A DNA stretch of 34,098 bases from a virus (IMGVR_UViG_2531839446_000020), one strand, 5' to 3'; positions 9,305-19,210 are shown, counted from the first letter of the stretch. The notes: generated by a model from the sequence alone, not told the origin. Translations and numbers: made by a program.

Positions 9305-9945
9305 TTGTCGGTATACCTCTCTCGTTTGCTCAGTTGTTCAGGAATATGGTGCAGCAGCTCGCCGTCGCCGCAGTAAATAGCGGCATGATTCGGCACCGAT
9401 GAACCAAAACAGCACAGCAGCACATCGCCCGGCTGCGCCGCTGACAACGGCACCTGATATAACCCAGTTGCCTCCAGATTATCCAGATAGAGATTCTGAC
9501 CGTGACGCCACCAGTCATCCTCACGATGAAAATCCGGCATCTCAATCCACGCCAGATGGTAAGCATCCCGGAACAGCGTGTAACAGTCCGTCACCCCGTG
9601 CTCAAAGCGCCGCCCGGTGAGATGCGGCACACAGCGGAATTTATGAATCTCACCCCGGCAGACCAGCCACCACGGCAAATCACTCTGCACCTGCAGCCGC
9701 CGGTCAGCCTCACTCAGCCAGGGCAGACCACCGGGGTGGCTGTGGACCAGCGCCACAATCTCACCCTGCATCTCTGCCCGCAGCCAGTCCTCCGGCGACA
9801 TCCGGAAATACTCCTCCGGCTCACCGGAGATATTCACGCAGGGAAAATATCTTTCCCCTTCCGGCGTTCTCACCACGAAGCCGCACGACTCCGCTGGCGC
9901 ACATCGCCGGGCGTGCGCCAGAATCGCTGATTCTGTCTCTGTCAT
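9202..9945 (-). CDS. K: Tail assembly protein K (JAB/MPN plus NlpC/P60-like domains)
   Basis: 247 aa; HSHPGG motif (IVALVHSHPGG) and a Cys/His peptidase-like C-terminal region; lies between L and I. Confidence 0.85.
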   Translation of the reverse strand: MTETESAILAHARRCAPAESCGFVVRTPEGERYFPCVNISGEPEEYFRMSPEDWLRAEMQGEIVALVHSHPGGLPWLSEADRRLQVQSDLPWWLVCRGEIHKFRCVPHLTGRRFEHGVTDCYTLFRDAYHLAWIEMPDFHREDDWWRHGQNLYLDNLEATGLYQVPLSAAQPGDVLLCCFGSSVPNHAAIYCGDGELLHHIPEQLSKRERYTDKWQRRTHSLWRHRAWHASAFTGICNDLAAASTFV

Positions 9946-9950
9946 GGGAT

Positions 9951-10649
9951 TTACTGCGAAAGTTTGTTAATGGAAAGGAAGCCGCCAAAGTTGCCGACAT
10001 TATTGCGGAACTTACAGCCACTCAGGCATTTGCTACATTTATCCTTCGTGATATCGGACGTCGGCTGATCATATTCATCCGCGACAGCCGGACCGTGATA
10101 ACCGCACTCATCACTGCGATAGGTCCAGGTGCAGGTGTTGGCCAGCATGATGCGCCCCGGAAAAACGGCACCATCCGTTTCCGTCGGTGTGGACAACACA
10201 AAGGAGGCACTGACCGCACTCAGTTCGCTGCACTGCTCGATGCGCCAGCGGCTGATCACCTCCTGCTCCGGATCGGCGTCGCTGTTTCCGTTGACGAAGT
10301 TCACCGCATCCAGAAAACGGGCGTAAACCTTACGCCTGACCACCGTTCCGCCGACCAGACTCTGCAGGTCTTCCGCCATCCCGGTGACCATGCCGTGCAG
10401 GTTAGAAACCGTCAGTGTCGGACGGGCAGCACTGCCCTTGCCATTCAGTTCAAATCCCGTCCCCTGAATGGGGTATGCCTGATACTGCCGCCCCTGCCAG
10501 GTAACCGGCTCACCTTTTTCGTTCTGCTCATTACAGAAAAAATAACGTTCACCACCGACCTCTGTCAGATCGATTTCCCAGAGCACCACCTGGGCTGACT
10601 GAGTGAGGCGTGTCGTCTCATGATGTGTTTCCTGTGGAATATCCTGCAT
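9951..10649 (-). CDS. L: Minor tail protein L
   Basis: 232 aa; gene order M-L-K and Cys-rich C-terminus (CSKCLSGCKFRNNVGNFGGF) as in lambda gpL. Confidence 0.9.
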   Translation of the reverse strand: MQDIPQETHHETTRLTQSAQVVLWEIDLTEVGGERYFFCNEQNEKGEPVTWQGRQYQAYPIQGTGFELNGKGSAARPTLTVSNLHGMVTGMAEDLQSLVGGTVVRRKVYARFLDAVNFVNGNSDADPEQEVISRWRIEQCSELSAVSASFVLSTPTETDGAVFPGRIMLANTCTWTYRSDECGYHGPAVADEYDQPTSDITKDKCSKCLSGCKFRNNVGNFGGFLSINKLSQ

Positions 10650-10658
10650 CAGAGCCTC

Positions 10659-10988
10659 CTATGCCACGACCTGTTCAAAATCTGCCGTTATGGTTACCCA
10701 CAGCGCCCCCACGCTTGCCGACCATTTACGACAAACCACCCTAATCGGTTTCCAGTCATAAGGTGGCGTCCACTGAAATGCACGGACGCCACCGTGCCGT
10801 TCCAGAAAGGCTTTTAAAGATGGGTGTTCACATTTACGAACACGTATCGTCACGCTGTAAGTCGACAACTGGTTATTCAGTCCCGCCGCACGACGCTGTT
10901 CATAACCATCGCCCAGCTTCACTGTCACCACTTTCGGCTCTGATACCACATTCATATCCGGGCGCACTTTCCAGTGAAACGTCTCCAT
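10659..10988 (-). CDS. M: Minor tail protein M
   Basis: 109 aa, METFHWKVRPDMNVVSEPKVVTVKLGDGYEQRRAAGLN... ends ...FEQVVA; matches lambda gpM (MKTFRWKVKPGMDV...FEQVVN). Confidence 0.9.
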   Translation of the reverse strand: METFHWKVRPDMNVVSEPKVVTVKLGDGYEQRRAAGLNNQLSTYSVTIRVRKCEHPSLKAFLERHGGVRAFQWTPPYDWKPIRVVCRKWSASVGALWVTITADFEQVVA

Positions 10989-13900
10989 TACCGATATGCT
11001 CCACTTAACCGACCACCATCACGGGCCTGCTGTTGCATAAAGTCCGCTGCTGCTTTTTTCCCGAGGTCATAAACCACCTTCAGGGCAGCCGGACCTATCT
11101 GCCCGTTCGTGCCATCGTTATTGATCTCGATGTTGTACTGCGGGGCAAACATCGCCATACCTGAACCACCAATATCCGCCACAACCCCCAGCTTACCGTC
11201 AGCACCACGACGCAGAGGCAGAATGGCTTCAGGCCCAGCTTCCCCCATCACACCTGCACCTTTTGCAAAAGCAAAAAACGTCGGACGGTTAACCACCGTG
11301 CCACTGTAGCGACTCAAATCAGCAGACTGATAAACACCACCATCAGCATTGGGCGTCACACTGGCAGTTGCTGCACTCCCCCAGCCAAACGCCGAACCAA
11401 TCCCCTTAACTGCCTGCATCATGGACATCTGAGCCATGATTTTTGCCAGATCAGAAAGGAGCGAGGCGGTAAAAGATTTGAAGTTCAGTTTTCCGGTGGT
11501 ACAGAATGTAGCCAGTGCATTACCTGCACTATTAAATGCCGCTGTAAGCATCTGCTCCGCAGTGCCTGCCGCATTATCCGCATCTGCCGTGAAATTCTGA
11601 AACGCCCGCATGGCACCGTTTTTCCAGTTACCCTGAGCAATTTCAAGCTGTTGCCAGTAACGGCGATTCTCATTCAGTTGCCTGTTCAGGCTCTCCGTCA
11701 GCGCCTGCTCGGCCTTTCTGTAGTCATCCGTGTTATATGTCCCTTTCTGCTCACTATCCCGCCTCAACTGCTCCAGCTGTTGCTGGTATTTCTGGCGAAG
11801 GCTCAGTTGTACCTGATATCGCTGCCGCTGCTGATCACCCATACCCACCGTGGCGATATCCAGGTCATGTTGCTGACGCTGAGCGCGCTCTTCTTCAGCC
11901 AGTTGACTGGTCAGCTGAATTGTTTTTTTCTTCAGATCGTTGAGTGCCGTCTGTTTCTGAAGCTCCTGCTGTTTTACATCCAGCAGCGTCAGTGCCTGAA
12001 TCAGTTCATCTTTACGGGCCAGCACACTCTTTTCATCTGCCGTCAGTTTTTTCCCGTCCAGGTCGCTGATGCGCTGCTGCAGAGCCAGAAGCTGTTTATG
12101 CGCTTCTGTCATCTTTTCAGTGGCAATGCCTGCTGACTGTCTTGCAGCAGCAATCTGTCCTTCCACCTGTGCCTGTTGCTGACTGTACTGCAGCAATAAC
12201 CGGGTGGCCTCATCATTACGGGTTTCGCGTGTTTTTTTCTTACCGGATGCCAGGGCTTTCTCGTAACGTTCATTTTCACGTTGTATCGCCGCATCCCTGA
12301 CAGCCTGGTCGGCGTACTGCATGGCATTAATACGCGCAATTTCACGCTGATGTCGTGCTGCTTCCGTTTCATTCATCCGGTTCAGTGCAGCATTTTCAGC
12401 ATTACGTCGTTTCTGTTGCTCCTGATAATTCCGCTCTGCCTGCTCTTTTGCATCCTGCAAATCCTTCTGGCGTTTTTTCTCCTGAAGCTCGTTAAGACGC
12501 TGCTGATCGTATTCAACCTGAGAAGATGATGCCGTCCAGGGGAGTCTTTTCGCCCGCGATACTTTCTCCTGCAAAGTGGCAATCTGCGCATCCAGCGAAT
12601 CTTCACGACCAATATTCATGGCCGCATCCCAGAACTGCTTCCACCAGTCAGACAAGGTTTGCAGCGTACTACCCAGCGCATTGAGGTTATTATCAATATC
12701 CGCAGTACGCCGACCGGTTTCCTCTGCCAGTGCAGACATGGCTATCCGTGCCGCATCACTGGACCGCCCCTGCTCTCCAAGGATGCGTATCTGCTCAAGC
12801 TGAGTGGCAGTAAGAAAATGCAGCTCATTGTCCAGAGCCTTCGCGGCATTTACAGGATCATCCTTCAGCCGCTTAAACTGATTTATGGTATCGCTGATCG
12901 ACTGGCCAACCGATCGCTCCATCTGTGCGGCAGCTCTCGCCACCATACCGATATCGTTTCCACGAAATGCACCACTCCCCACCACCTGAGCCAGCGCACC
13001 GGCTGCAGCATGTTGCGTGATACCATTCCCGGAAATAGCACGACTGAGCGTCCACAGCTGCCCGGCAGTGACTCCGGCATAATGCCCCGTCAGCGACAGC
13101 TGGCGGTTAAATTCTTCCCCCTCCTTCTGACCGTCATACCAGGCTTTACCCAGACCATAGACGGCCGCGGTAATACCGCCAATAACCCCGCCCAGCATCA
13201 TGCCTTTCGGTGACATCAGTGTGTCTATCCATCCGGCACGGTTAGCCAGCGTTATCCCGGATCCCCTCAGCGCCCCTAAATTGCCGCGGGCCAGTTCACC
13301 TATCAGAACGCCTATCTCCTGGCGGGCCGCTGCACTTTTCAGACCCAGCGAATGCGTGGCTTTTCCTGCCCGCTCCATTTTGCGGATATACACTTCTGCA
13401 GCACTGCTTACCCCCAGCTGGGCAGCCCTGGCACGAAGCAACTCAGAAGAAGAAAGATTCTGGCGGGTTGCCTGCTCTTTAAGCTGACGGATAAACGCCA
13501 CTTTCTGTCGGGTAGCCTCTGCCTCAGCCTGCGTAAGAACACGGGTTTTCGCCGTAACCTCAGAAATCAGCGCCAGATAATCCTGCTGACCAATCCCGCC
13601 ACTGTTTCTGGCCTGTCGGATCTGCTGCTGAATACGCTGTAATTCCTGCAACCCCGCACTGGCCTGTTTCACACTGTCAATCTGACGATAAAACGCGGCA
13701 GCCGCTTTATCCTGAGCCTCCGCCAGAGCCATGGCCTGTGCCTGTTCCTCGCGCATTTTCTGGCTCAGTGCCTCCATACGCTGGCGGGTTTGCTCCACCT
13801 CGCGGGCCATGCGTTCATGAGCCTGTGCGCTCTTCTCCACCGTCTGCGCATGGACGGATGCGGCTGTTGCAGCCGAAGAAGCCGCCTGCATTGTCTGCCG

Positions 13901-14062
13901 GGCGGCCTGAGTCTGACGCTCCATAAAACGCTGCATACGGGCAGAAGACCGTTCTGCATCGCTGGCTGCACCATTCAGAAGGTTTTTGATACGGGGAATT
14001 TCATTTTTAAACTCTGCCGCATCAATCCCCAAATCAATGACCAGGTTGGCTATCTGGTCCAT
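10988..14062 (-). CDS. H: Tail tape measure protein H
   Basis: About 1024 aa, coiled-coil-rich; C-terminus ...NDGTNGQIGPAALKVVYDLGKK... matches lambda gpH. Start set at ATG 14060-14062 (MDQIANLVIDLG), preceded by GGAGGTG. Confidence 0.9.
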   Translation of the reverse strand: MDQIANLVIDLGIDAAEFKNEIPRIKNLLNGAASDAERSSARMQRFMERQTQAARQTMQAASSAATAASVHAQTVEKSAQAHERMAREVEQTRQRMEALSQKMREEQAQAMALAEAQDKAAAAFYRQIDSVKQASAGLQELQRIQQQIRQARNSGGIGQQDYLALISEVTAKTRVLTQAEAEATRQKVAFIRQLKEQATRQNLSSSELLRARAAQLGVSSAAEVYIRKMERAGKATHSLGLKSAAARQEIGVLIGELARGNLGALRGSGITLANRAGWIDTLMSPKGMMLGGVIGGITAAVYGLGKAWYDGQKEGEEFNRQLSLTGHYAGVTAGQLWTLSRAISGNGITQHAAAGALAQVVGSGAFRGNDIGMVARAAAQMERSVGQSISDTINQFKRLKDDPVNAAKALDNELHFLTATQLEQIRILGEQGRSSDAARIAMSALAEETGRRTADIDNNLNALGSTLQTLSDWWKQFWDAAMNIGREDSLDAQIATLQEKVSRAKRLPWTASSSQVEYDQQRLNELQEKKRQKDLQDAKEQAERNYQEQQKRRNAENAALNRMNETEAARHQREIARINAMQYADQAVRDAAIQRENERYEKALASGKKKTRETRNDEATRLLLQYSQQQAQVEGQIAAARQSAGIATEKMTEAHKQLLALQQRISDLDGKKLTADEKSVLARKDELIQALTLLDVKQQELQKQTALNDLKKKTIQLTSQLAEEERAQRQQHDLDIATVGMGDQQRQRYQVQLSLRQKYQQQLEQLRRDSEQKGTYNTDDYRKAEQALTESLNRQLNENRRYWQQLEIAQGNWKNGAMRAFQNFTADADNAAGTAEQMLTAAFNSAGNALATFCTTGKLNFKSFTASLLSDLAKIMAQMSMMQAVKGIGSAFGWGSAATASVTPNADGGVYQSADLSRYSGTVVNRPTFFAFAKGAGVMGEAGPEAILPLRRGADGKLGVVADIGGSGMAMFAPQYNIEINNDGTNGQIGPAALKVVYDLGKKAAADFMQQQARDGGRLSGAYR

Positions 14063-14363
14063 AACGCACACCTCCGGAAATACCTTCCCCAAGATGCATC
14101 AGTTCTTCGTCCGTTCGCTCCGGTATCCCGTTCTCTTCCGGTAAAAGGCTGAAATCAGCCACCGCAGCATCACTGCTGCCGGACACCATTCTCACGATCA
14201 ATGCCTTCAGCGAGGCAAACTGCGCATCCATCCACACATCACTGAAGCTCTGCATCCGGAAATAATCGCCCCACTCACCAAGCTCAGTGGCCGACATTTC
14301 CGACAGCATCCGCCGCCAGTCTGCCCGCCGGAACTCCCGGGCAAGCCGCATGACAAACTGCAT
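14034..14363 (-). CDS. T: Tail assembly chaperone T segment, expressed as a G-T fusion by -1 programmed frameshift
   Basis: The -1 frame relative to G is open from the G 3' end (through CGGAAAAGTCCTGA) and runs to just inside H, the conserved lambdoid G/GT arrangement. Confidence 0.7.
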   Translation of the reverse strand: MQFVMRLAREFRRADWRRMLSEMSATELGEWGDYFRMQSFSDVWMDAQFASLKALIVRMVSGSSDAAVADFSLLPEENGIPERTDEELMHLGEGISGGVRYGPDSQPGH

Positions 14364-14371
14364 TTCCCGCG

Positions 14372-14761
14372 TCAGGACTTTTCCGGCGTCAGCACCTCAT
14401 GCTCCAAATCCCCGGCATTCTCAATGGCTCCCATACCGCTCAGCGACAGAACCATCTCCGCCCCCGCTCCCAGGGCATCATACGACCATGTTGTAATAAC
14501 GGATGCGCAAAGCGTCTCAACATCCTGAGACTGTTCCGCATTCCACAGTGAGCGGGAAACCAGCCAGGCATTGATATCCATCCCCATCCGCAGAAAAGCA
14601 ATCTGTCGTTCAGCCTCCGGCAGTTCTCCCTCTTCGGCATCAAACTTTGCCGTTCGCTGCTGAACAAACGCCAGATATTCAATTCTCTGCAGCCCGGACA
14701 GCTCACTGAGCACCACGGACTGCTTTTCATAATTAAACGTGCCCTGTTTCAGAAACATCAT
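14372..14761 (-). CDS. G: Tail assembly chaperone G
   Basis: MMFLKQGTFNYEKQSVVLSELSGLQRIEYLAF... resembles lambda gpG (MFLKTESFEHNGVTVTLSELSALQRIEHLAL). RBS GGTGGAG upstream. Confidence 0.8.
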   Translation of the reverse strand: MMFLKQGTFNYEKQSVVLSELSGLQRIEYLAFVQQRTAKFDAEEGELPEAERQIAFLRMGMDINAWLVSRSLWNAEQSQDVETLCASVITTWSYDALGAGAEMVLSLSGMGAIENAGDLEHEVLTPEKS

Positions 14762-14818
14762 GTTCTCCACCTGCAAAAAAGCCCCGGATAATCGGGGCAA
14801 ATGATGAGTATCGTCCTG

Positions 14819-15562
14819 TTAACCTGCGGCGCTGACGGCCACCGTAGCCACTGCCACAAAATCGCCGTCAGAAGTCATGCCCACAATGCTGACACTGCCC
14901 TGCTTCACGCCTTTCACCGTGGCCACAAGCCCGTTCAGGGTCACCGTGGCAGTCTGTGGATCTGTCGAATGCACACTGATCGCTTTGTCACTGGCTCCGT
15001 CAGGTTTTACTGTAAAGGTCAGCGTGGTGGTTGCTCCCACTTTTACACTGGCAGATGCCGGTGCCACCGTCAGCCCGGTAACGCCCACGGTTTCAGTGCC
15101 TTCTTCTGCCAGATACGGACGCCCCACACCGCTGATTTTCACTGTGCGGGTCATCACGTCTTTTGAGGCAATGGTTTTACCCAGTGAACTCAGCCAGCCA
15201 CGGAAAACATCAACAGTACCGTTGGGATATTTGATACGAAACGCGCAGACTTCACCGGAGTCGAACAACTGAACCAGTTTTTTCTGCCCGCTGTCACCCG
15301 GACGCCAGGCCAGCGTCGCCGAAGTATCACCGACGGATTTCTGCCCCTGGGTTGTCGTTTTCCAGTCTGCATCTTCATCATCGAGATAAGTGTCATCTTC
15401 TGCATCAGCGGTCATTTCGCCAGGCTGCAGATCCTTCACCATCGCAAGACGCAGCCAGTCAGTGTCCGATAAAGGGTTCGCAAACGCATCGCCCTTGCCG
15501 GTGTACATCCAGAACGTCGTTCCCGCACCTTTCGTTTTTGCCAGTGGATTTGGTGTGGTCAT
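14819..15562 (-). CDS. V: Major tail protein V with C-terminal Ig-like (Big_2) domain
   Basis: MTTPNPLAKTKGAGTTFWMYTGKGDAFANPLSDTDW... matches lambda gpV ([22 protein letters not shown]...). AGGAGG RBS before the ATG at 15560-15562. Confidence 0.9.
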   Translation of the reverse strand: MTTPNPLAKTKGAGTTFWMYTGKGDAFANPLSDTDWLRLAMVKDLQPGEMTADAEDDTYLDDEDADWKTTTQGQKSVGDTSATLAWRPGDSGQKKLVQLFDSGEVCAFRIKYPNGTVDVFRGWLSSLGKTIASKDVMTRTVKISGVGRPYLAEEGTETVGVTGLTVAPASASVKVGATTTLTFTVKPDGASDKAISVHSTDPQTATVTLNGLVATVKGVKQGSVSIVGMTSDGDFVAVATVAVSAAG

Positions 15563-15572
15563 TGCCACCTCC

Positions 15573-15974
15573 TTAATTCGTGTACGTGATCTGGTACGTG
15601 ATTTCCGCCATCGCCCAGGTGGCCATCTCATTATCACGTTGATAGTTAAAACCGAGAGGGATCAGGGTGTCGATGAGTCCGGAAAGTGCCGGTATATCAT
15701 TCAGAGCCGGGAAAATGGTGCTCTCCATCCACATATCCAGCTCTGAATCCGGTGCCTGTGCCCGGATGAAGACAGCAATATGCAGAACAGCCTGCCAGTC
15801 ATCTTCATCCGTCATTTTTCCGGTGTACTGAGCATCACTCAGCCACACCGCCACGGCAGGCAGTTCCTGCGCATCAACAAATGCCGGAAGCCCGTCAAAA
15901 AACGTGGCGCTGTCTCCACACTGTTCCCGAAGGCGTGCCAGTACGACCTGGCGGATTTGTGTATGTCGGTTCAT
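15573..15974 (-). CDS. U: Tail terminator protein U
   Basis: ...ATFFDGLPAFVDAQELPAVAVWLSDAQYTGKMTDEDDWQAVLHIAVFIRAQAPDSELDMWMES... resembles lambda gpU. Start set at the ATG overlapping the Z stop (ATGA). Confidence 0.85.
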   Translation of the reverse strand: MNRHTQIRQVVLARLREQCGDSATFFDGLPAFVDAQELPAVAVWLSDAQYTGKMTDEDDWQAVLHIAVFIRAQAPDSELDMWMESTIFPALNDIPALSGLIDTLIPLGFNYQRDNEMATWAMAEITYQITYTN

Positions 15975-16549
15975 CGGGTCAGCCATAACCTCAGTTGTTG
16001 TTTCAGTGCATACCCCAGCTGTTTCGGCATTTCCGCAGCAATGATGCGGTCGCGGGCATCTTCAAATGCCTGTGTCAGCGGTCCGGACAGAGGGATTTTC
16101 ACCACATCAATGGGGTAACGATTTTTGCCATCAATACGCCGCATCACATGCCAGCGACCATTCGCCAGTTGCTGAATAAACGCATCCCGGAAAAGATATT
16201 TACCCACCTTCAGCACGCTGCCACGGTACTGCAGTTTTCCACCACGCCGGGTCAGACTGACCCGGGCGGTCCCCAGCTTAATGGCAGGCAGATTGCCCCG
16301 GTTAACGCGGATCCTGGCCGTCATTTTTCCTGACGGACTGGCTTTAAACACCCGGACACGCTGACGTACCAGTTTCAGGGGTATCCCTTTCACTTGGTTA
16401 TCTCCCGCAACGGTATTCCCGGCAACCTGCCGGGTGGCAACCGAGACCGCTTTCTGTGCCACACGGTTTATCGCCCATGCGCTGGCCTGTGGCACCATAC
16501 GGGTATCAAGGCTGTTCAGATTGCGGATGGCATTCTCAAGCCCCTTCAT
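15971..16549 (-). CDS. Z: Tail completion protein Z
   Basis: 192 aa, same length and position as lambda gpZ, between the FII-like gene and U. Confidence 0.8.
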   Translation of the reverse strand: MKGLENAIRNLNSLDTRMVPQASAWAINRVAQKAVSVATRQVAGNTVAGDNQVKGIPLKLVRQRVRVFKASPSGKMTARIRVNRGNLPAIKLGTARVSLTRRGGKLQYRGSVLKVGKYLFRDAFIQQLANGRWHVMRRIDGKNRYPIDVVKIPLSGPLTQAFEDARDRIIAAEMPKQLGYALKQQLRLWLTR

Positions 16550-16560
16550 CCCACACCTCT

Positions 16561-16836
16561 TTACTCAATAAAGATCATTGGCTTACCGTTAAAGCGTTCA
16601 TGCCGTGTGACCGTCCAATGTTGTCCGTCATAAACAACGCGATCCCCGCGCCGTGGGCGGTATCCCGAAGAAAACACCACCAGAGAGACCGCAGGTCCGG
16701 ACAGAGCATTCAGCTCTGCCAGTGTTTCTCCCGGGATCACAGTCATATCGACATCATTAATCGAGGCTGTCTTTCCCATCTTTCTGACCGTGATCGCATC
16801 CATACGCGCTGCCAGCCGGGAAAAGGGATCAGACAT
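16561..16836 (-). CDS. Head-tail joining protein (FII-like)
   Basis: 91-aa ORF in the lambda FII position, upstream of Z; assignment by synteny only. Confidence 0.5.
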   Translation of the reverse strand: MSDPFSRLAARMDAITVRKMGKTASINDVDMTVIPGETLAELNALSGPAVSLVVFSSGYRPRRGDRVVYDGQHWTVTRHERFNGKPMIFIE

Positions 16837-17152
16837 TGAGTTTTACCGGCACTTCTTCTGCACTGGTTCCGGCATCTGCCCAGACAACCCCGACCAGCGG
16901 ATCAGAGCCGCTGTTAGTCAGCTGAACTTTTCCGGACTTCAGATAAACCTTCTTACCCGTTTTCATGTCATCCGTTTTCAGCTTAGGCAGCATAAACACA
17001 CCTTCGGTCAGGCCGTCGCCTGTTTCACCCTGTGGAATATCGGTCAGCGCCACCGCAAAAACATCACCCACCTGCACCAGGTCTCCGCTGCTGATGGCTG
17101 CACTGGCAACAATCGCCACCGTTTTTCCTTCTTCTACAAAATTCTTTGCCAT
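16829..17152 (-). CDS. Putative head decoration / DUF2190-like protein
   Basis: 107 aa (MAKNFVEEGKTVAIVASAAISSGDLVQVGD...), immediately downstream of the capsid gene; GGAGA RBS. Confidence 0.5.
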   Translation of the reverse strand: MAKNFVEEGKTVAIVASAAISSGDLVQVGDVFAVALTDIPQGETGDGLTEGVFMLPKLKTDDMKTGKKVYLKSGKVQLTNSGSDPLVGVVWADAGTSAEEVPVKLNV

Positions 17153-17194
17153 AACTGTCTCCGCACAGCCCCGTTCAGGGGCTGATTTCAGGTA

Positions 17195-17214
17195 CAAAAA
17201 AAGCCCTTACGGGC
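17195..17214 (-). terminator. Terminator/attenuator-like hairpin after the major capsid gene
   Basis: Minus strand reads GCCC-gtaa-GGGC followed by TTTTTTT. A second 7-bp hairpin (cagccccgttcaggggctg, 17166-17184) follows. Confidence 0.4.
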
Positions 17215-17238
17215 CATCAGAGTTGTTGTCTGCGACGT

Positions 17239-19197
17239 TTACGCCGTACATTTCACCAGACCGCGGTGATCAACTGGCGCGACACCGGCGTCAATACGCA
17301 CTTTCGTTGTCACGCCATCCACACTGAAGCCCTCCATCTGATCAATATATGGCGTATCCACACCGTTGAGATAAGCCACTTCAATCGTATCGGAGCCTTT
17401 TGACGCAGCCAGGTAGAAGGTGGTCTGGCTGTTATCATCAAGACGAGGCTCTGCAATAACGGTCGCAAAATCTTTCACCGGGTTAATAATACCGGCGTTA
17501 ATGTCAGCCCCCTTGACACTTGAGGAGCGAATGACCTGGTTAGCAACAGACTCCATCGCCGTCGGTACCAGTACGAACGCAGGACGAATATTCAGATGAC
17601 GCTCCCCCTCTTTCTGAACGCGCATCAACTGGCGGGCTTTATCCAGCGATGCCACGTCCATTGCAGCGCTCTCCAGTACGTTTGCATGTTTCGCTTTATC
17701 GAACAGACTTACATTATCTGTGGAGATTTTCGGGTTAGACGTCAGAATGGCATAAACCAGATCGGCAATAGTGGATTTCGCCGCACGGCCCAGTTTCATC
17801 GGGACATCGGTCAGCATATTCAGATCATCATTGATAATGGCCTGACGGGTGATACTGAACAGCTCGCCATAGGTCGCCAGTGCAATAGTGGCCTGTTTAT
17901 CTCCGGTGGTGACGTATTTATATTCCGCCCCTTCACGCACCTGACGCAGAGCACTGAAGCCCCCCATACCCACACGATGGGCAATTTTAAAATCAGACAA
18001 CTGACCTTTCCGCGTCCACTGTTCATAGGTTTCAGGGGCATCTTCCCAGCCCTGCAGAATGGCTTTGTTCGCAACATCCAGCAGAATATTACCGAAGTCA
18101 GACGTACTGTGTGTGAACGCCGCACCGACCATCTGCATCGGGTTATAACTGGAAACCCCAATACCCCGTTCAGTCAGTGACATACGGGCATATTCACGCA
18201 GGGTCATCCCGTTGTAGACATTATCACGTTCGGTTTTTTCAAATCCGGCACGCGCCATCAGCGCCTGGCGGATCCCGTCCCCCACAAAATTACCGTTACC
18301 GGCATAAATATGAGCCGGGGTATTTTTATTGGATGGCGTGGACTCGCGCCCCATCTCGTTCAACAGCTTTTCGCGGGCCTGCTCCAGCGAACATTCAGGA
18401 TCGGCAAGACACTGAGCCTGCAGCGTCTGATAACGCCCGCCAAACATGGCAAACAGATCATTAATACCGTTTACACGCGCTTTTTGCTCTGCCAGTACCT
18501 GCGCACGGATGCTGTTTTCATCCACCACGGGTGCTGCTGCCTGCACTGGCGTCCGGGAGGCTTCAGGTTCATTATCCTGTACGCGTGGAGCACTGTTGCG
18601 TGGCGGAGTAATCATGTTTCGAATGGATTCCGGCATCTTTTTAAATTCCTCTGTACGTTTTGACTGAATACATGCCATTGCCTTAACGGCTGGCGTTACC
18701 TGATCAGCAAATCCATGTGCCAGACATTCGGCACCGGACATCCAGGTCTCATCCGCCAGCATGGCAGCAATTTCATCGGTGGTTTTCCCGGTTTTCTGTG
18801 CATAAGCGGGTAACAGAACCGCCTCAACTTTATCGAGCAGGTCGGCATAGGTGCGCATGTCCTCCGCATCACCGCCCGTAAAGCCAAATGGTTTATGAAT
18901 CATCATGAAGGTGTTTTCCGGCATAATGACCGGGTTTCCTACCATCGCAATGACCGACGCCATTGACGCCGCCACACCGTCGACATAAACGGTAATGGAC
19001 GCACCATGTGTTTTCAGCGCATTAAAAATGGCGATGCCTTCAAAGACATCGCCACCCGGTGAATTAATATGGAGATTAATGTGGGTGATATCGCCCAGTG
19101 CATTCAGATCACTGATAAACTGCTTCGCTGTAACACCCCAGAAACCAATCTCGTCATAAATATAAATATCCGCGTCACTCTGGTGACCAGCCTGCAT
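17239..19197 (-). CDS. Prohead protease (ClpP/S49-like) fused to major capsid protein
   Basis: 652 aa from ATG 19195-19197. N-terminal peptidase domain (DADIYIYDEIGFWG...INSPGGDVFEGIAIFNAL...), central Ala/Gln-rich scaffold-like segment, C-terminal major-capsid-like domain. Confidence 0.8.
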   Translation of the reverse strand: MQAGHQSDADIYIYDEIGFWGVTAKQFISDLNALGDITHINLHINSPGGDVFEGIAIFNALKTHGASITVYVDGVAASMASVIAMVGNPVIMPENTFMMIHKPFGFTGGDAEDMRTYADLLDKVEAVLLPAYAQKTGKTTDEIAAMLADETWMSGAECLAHGFADQVTPAVKAMACIQSKRTEEFKKMPESIRNMITPPRNSAPRVQDNEPEASRTPVQAAAPVVDENSIRAQVLAEQKARVNGINDLFAMFGGRYQTLQAQCLADPECSLEQAREKLLNEMGRESTPSNKNTPAHIYAGNGNFVGDGIRQALMARAGFEKTERDNVYNGMTLREYARMSLTERGIGVSSYNPMQMVGAAFTHSTSDFGNILLDVANKAILQGWEDAPETYEQWTRKGQLSDFKIAHRVGMGGFSALRQVREGAEYKYVTTGDKQATIALATYGELFSITRQAIINDDLNMLTDVPMKLGRAAKSTIADLVYAILTSNPKISTDNVSLFDKAKHANVLESAAMDVASLDKARQLMRVQKEGERHLNIRPAFVLVPTAMESVANQVIRSSSVKGADINAGIINPVKDFATVIAEPRLDDNSQTTFYLAASKGSDTIEVAYLNGVDTPYIDQMEGFSVDGVTTKVRIDAGVAPVDHRGLVKCTA

Positions 19198-19210
19198 CCT
19201 GAACCAGGAA

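Noticed and set aside
11651-13213. Several 60-180-aa ORFs on both strands inside the tape measure gene
   Set aside because: All are nested within the 1024-aa H reading frame, which has unambiguous lambda H homology at both ends; low-complexity translations.
15562-15637. 25-codon N-terminal extension of V (MIMRWPPGRW...)
   Set aside because: The internal ATG at 15560-15562 is preceded by AGGAGG and yields the lambda gpV-like N-terminus; the extension overlaps U.
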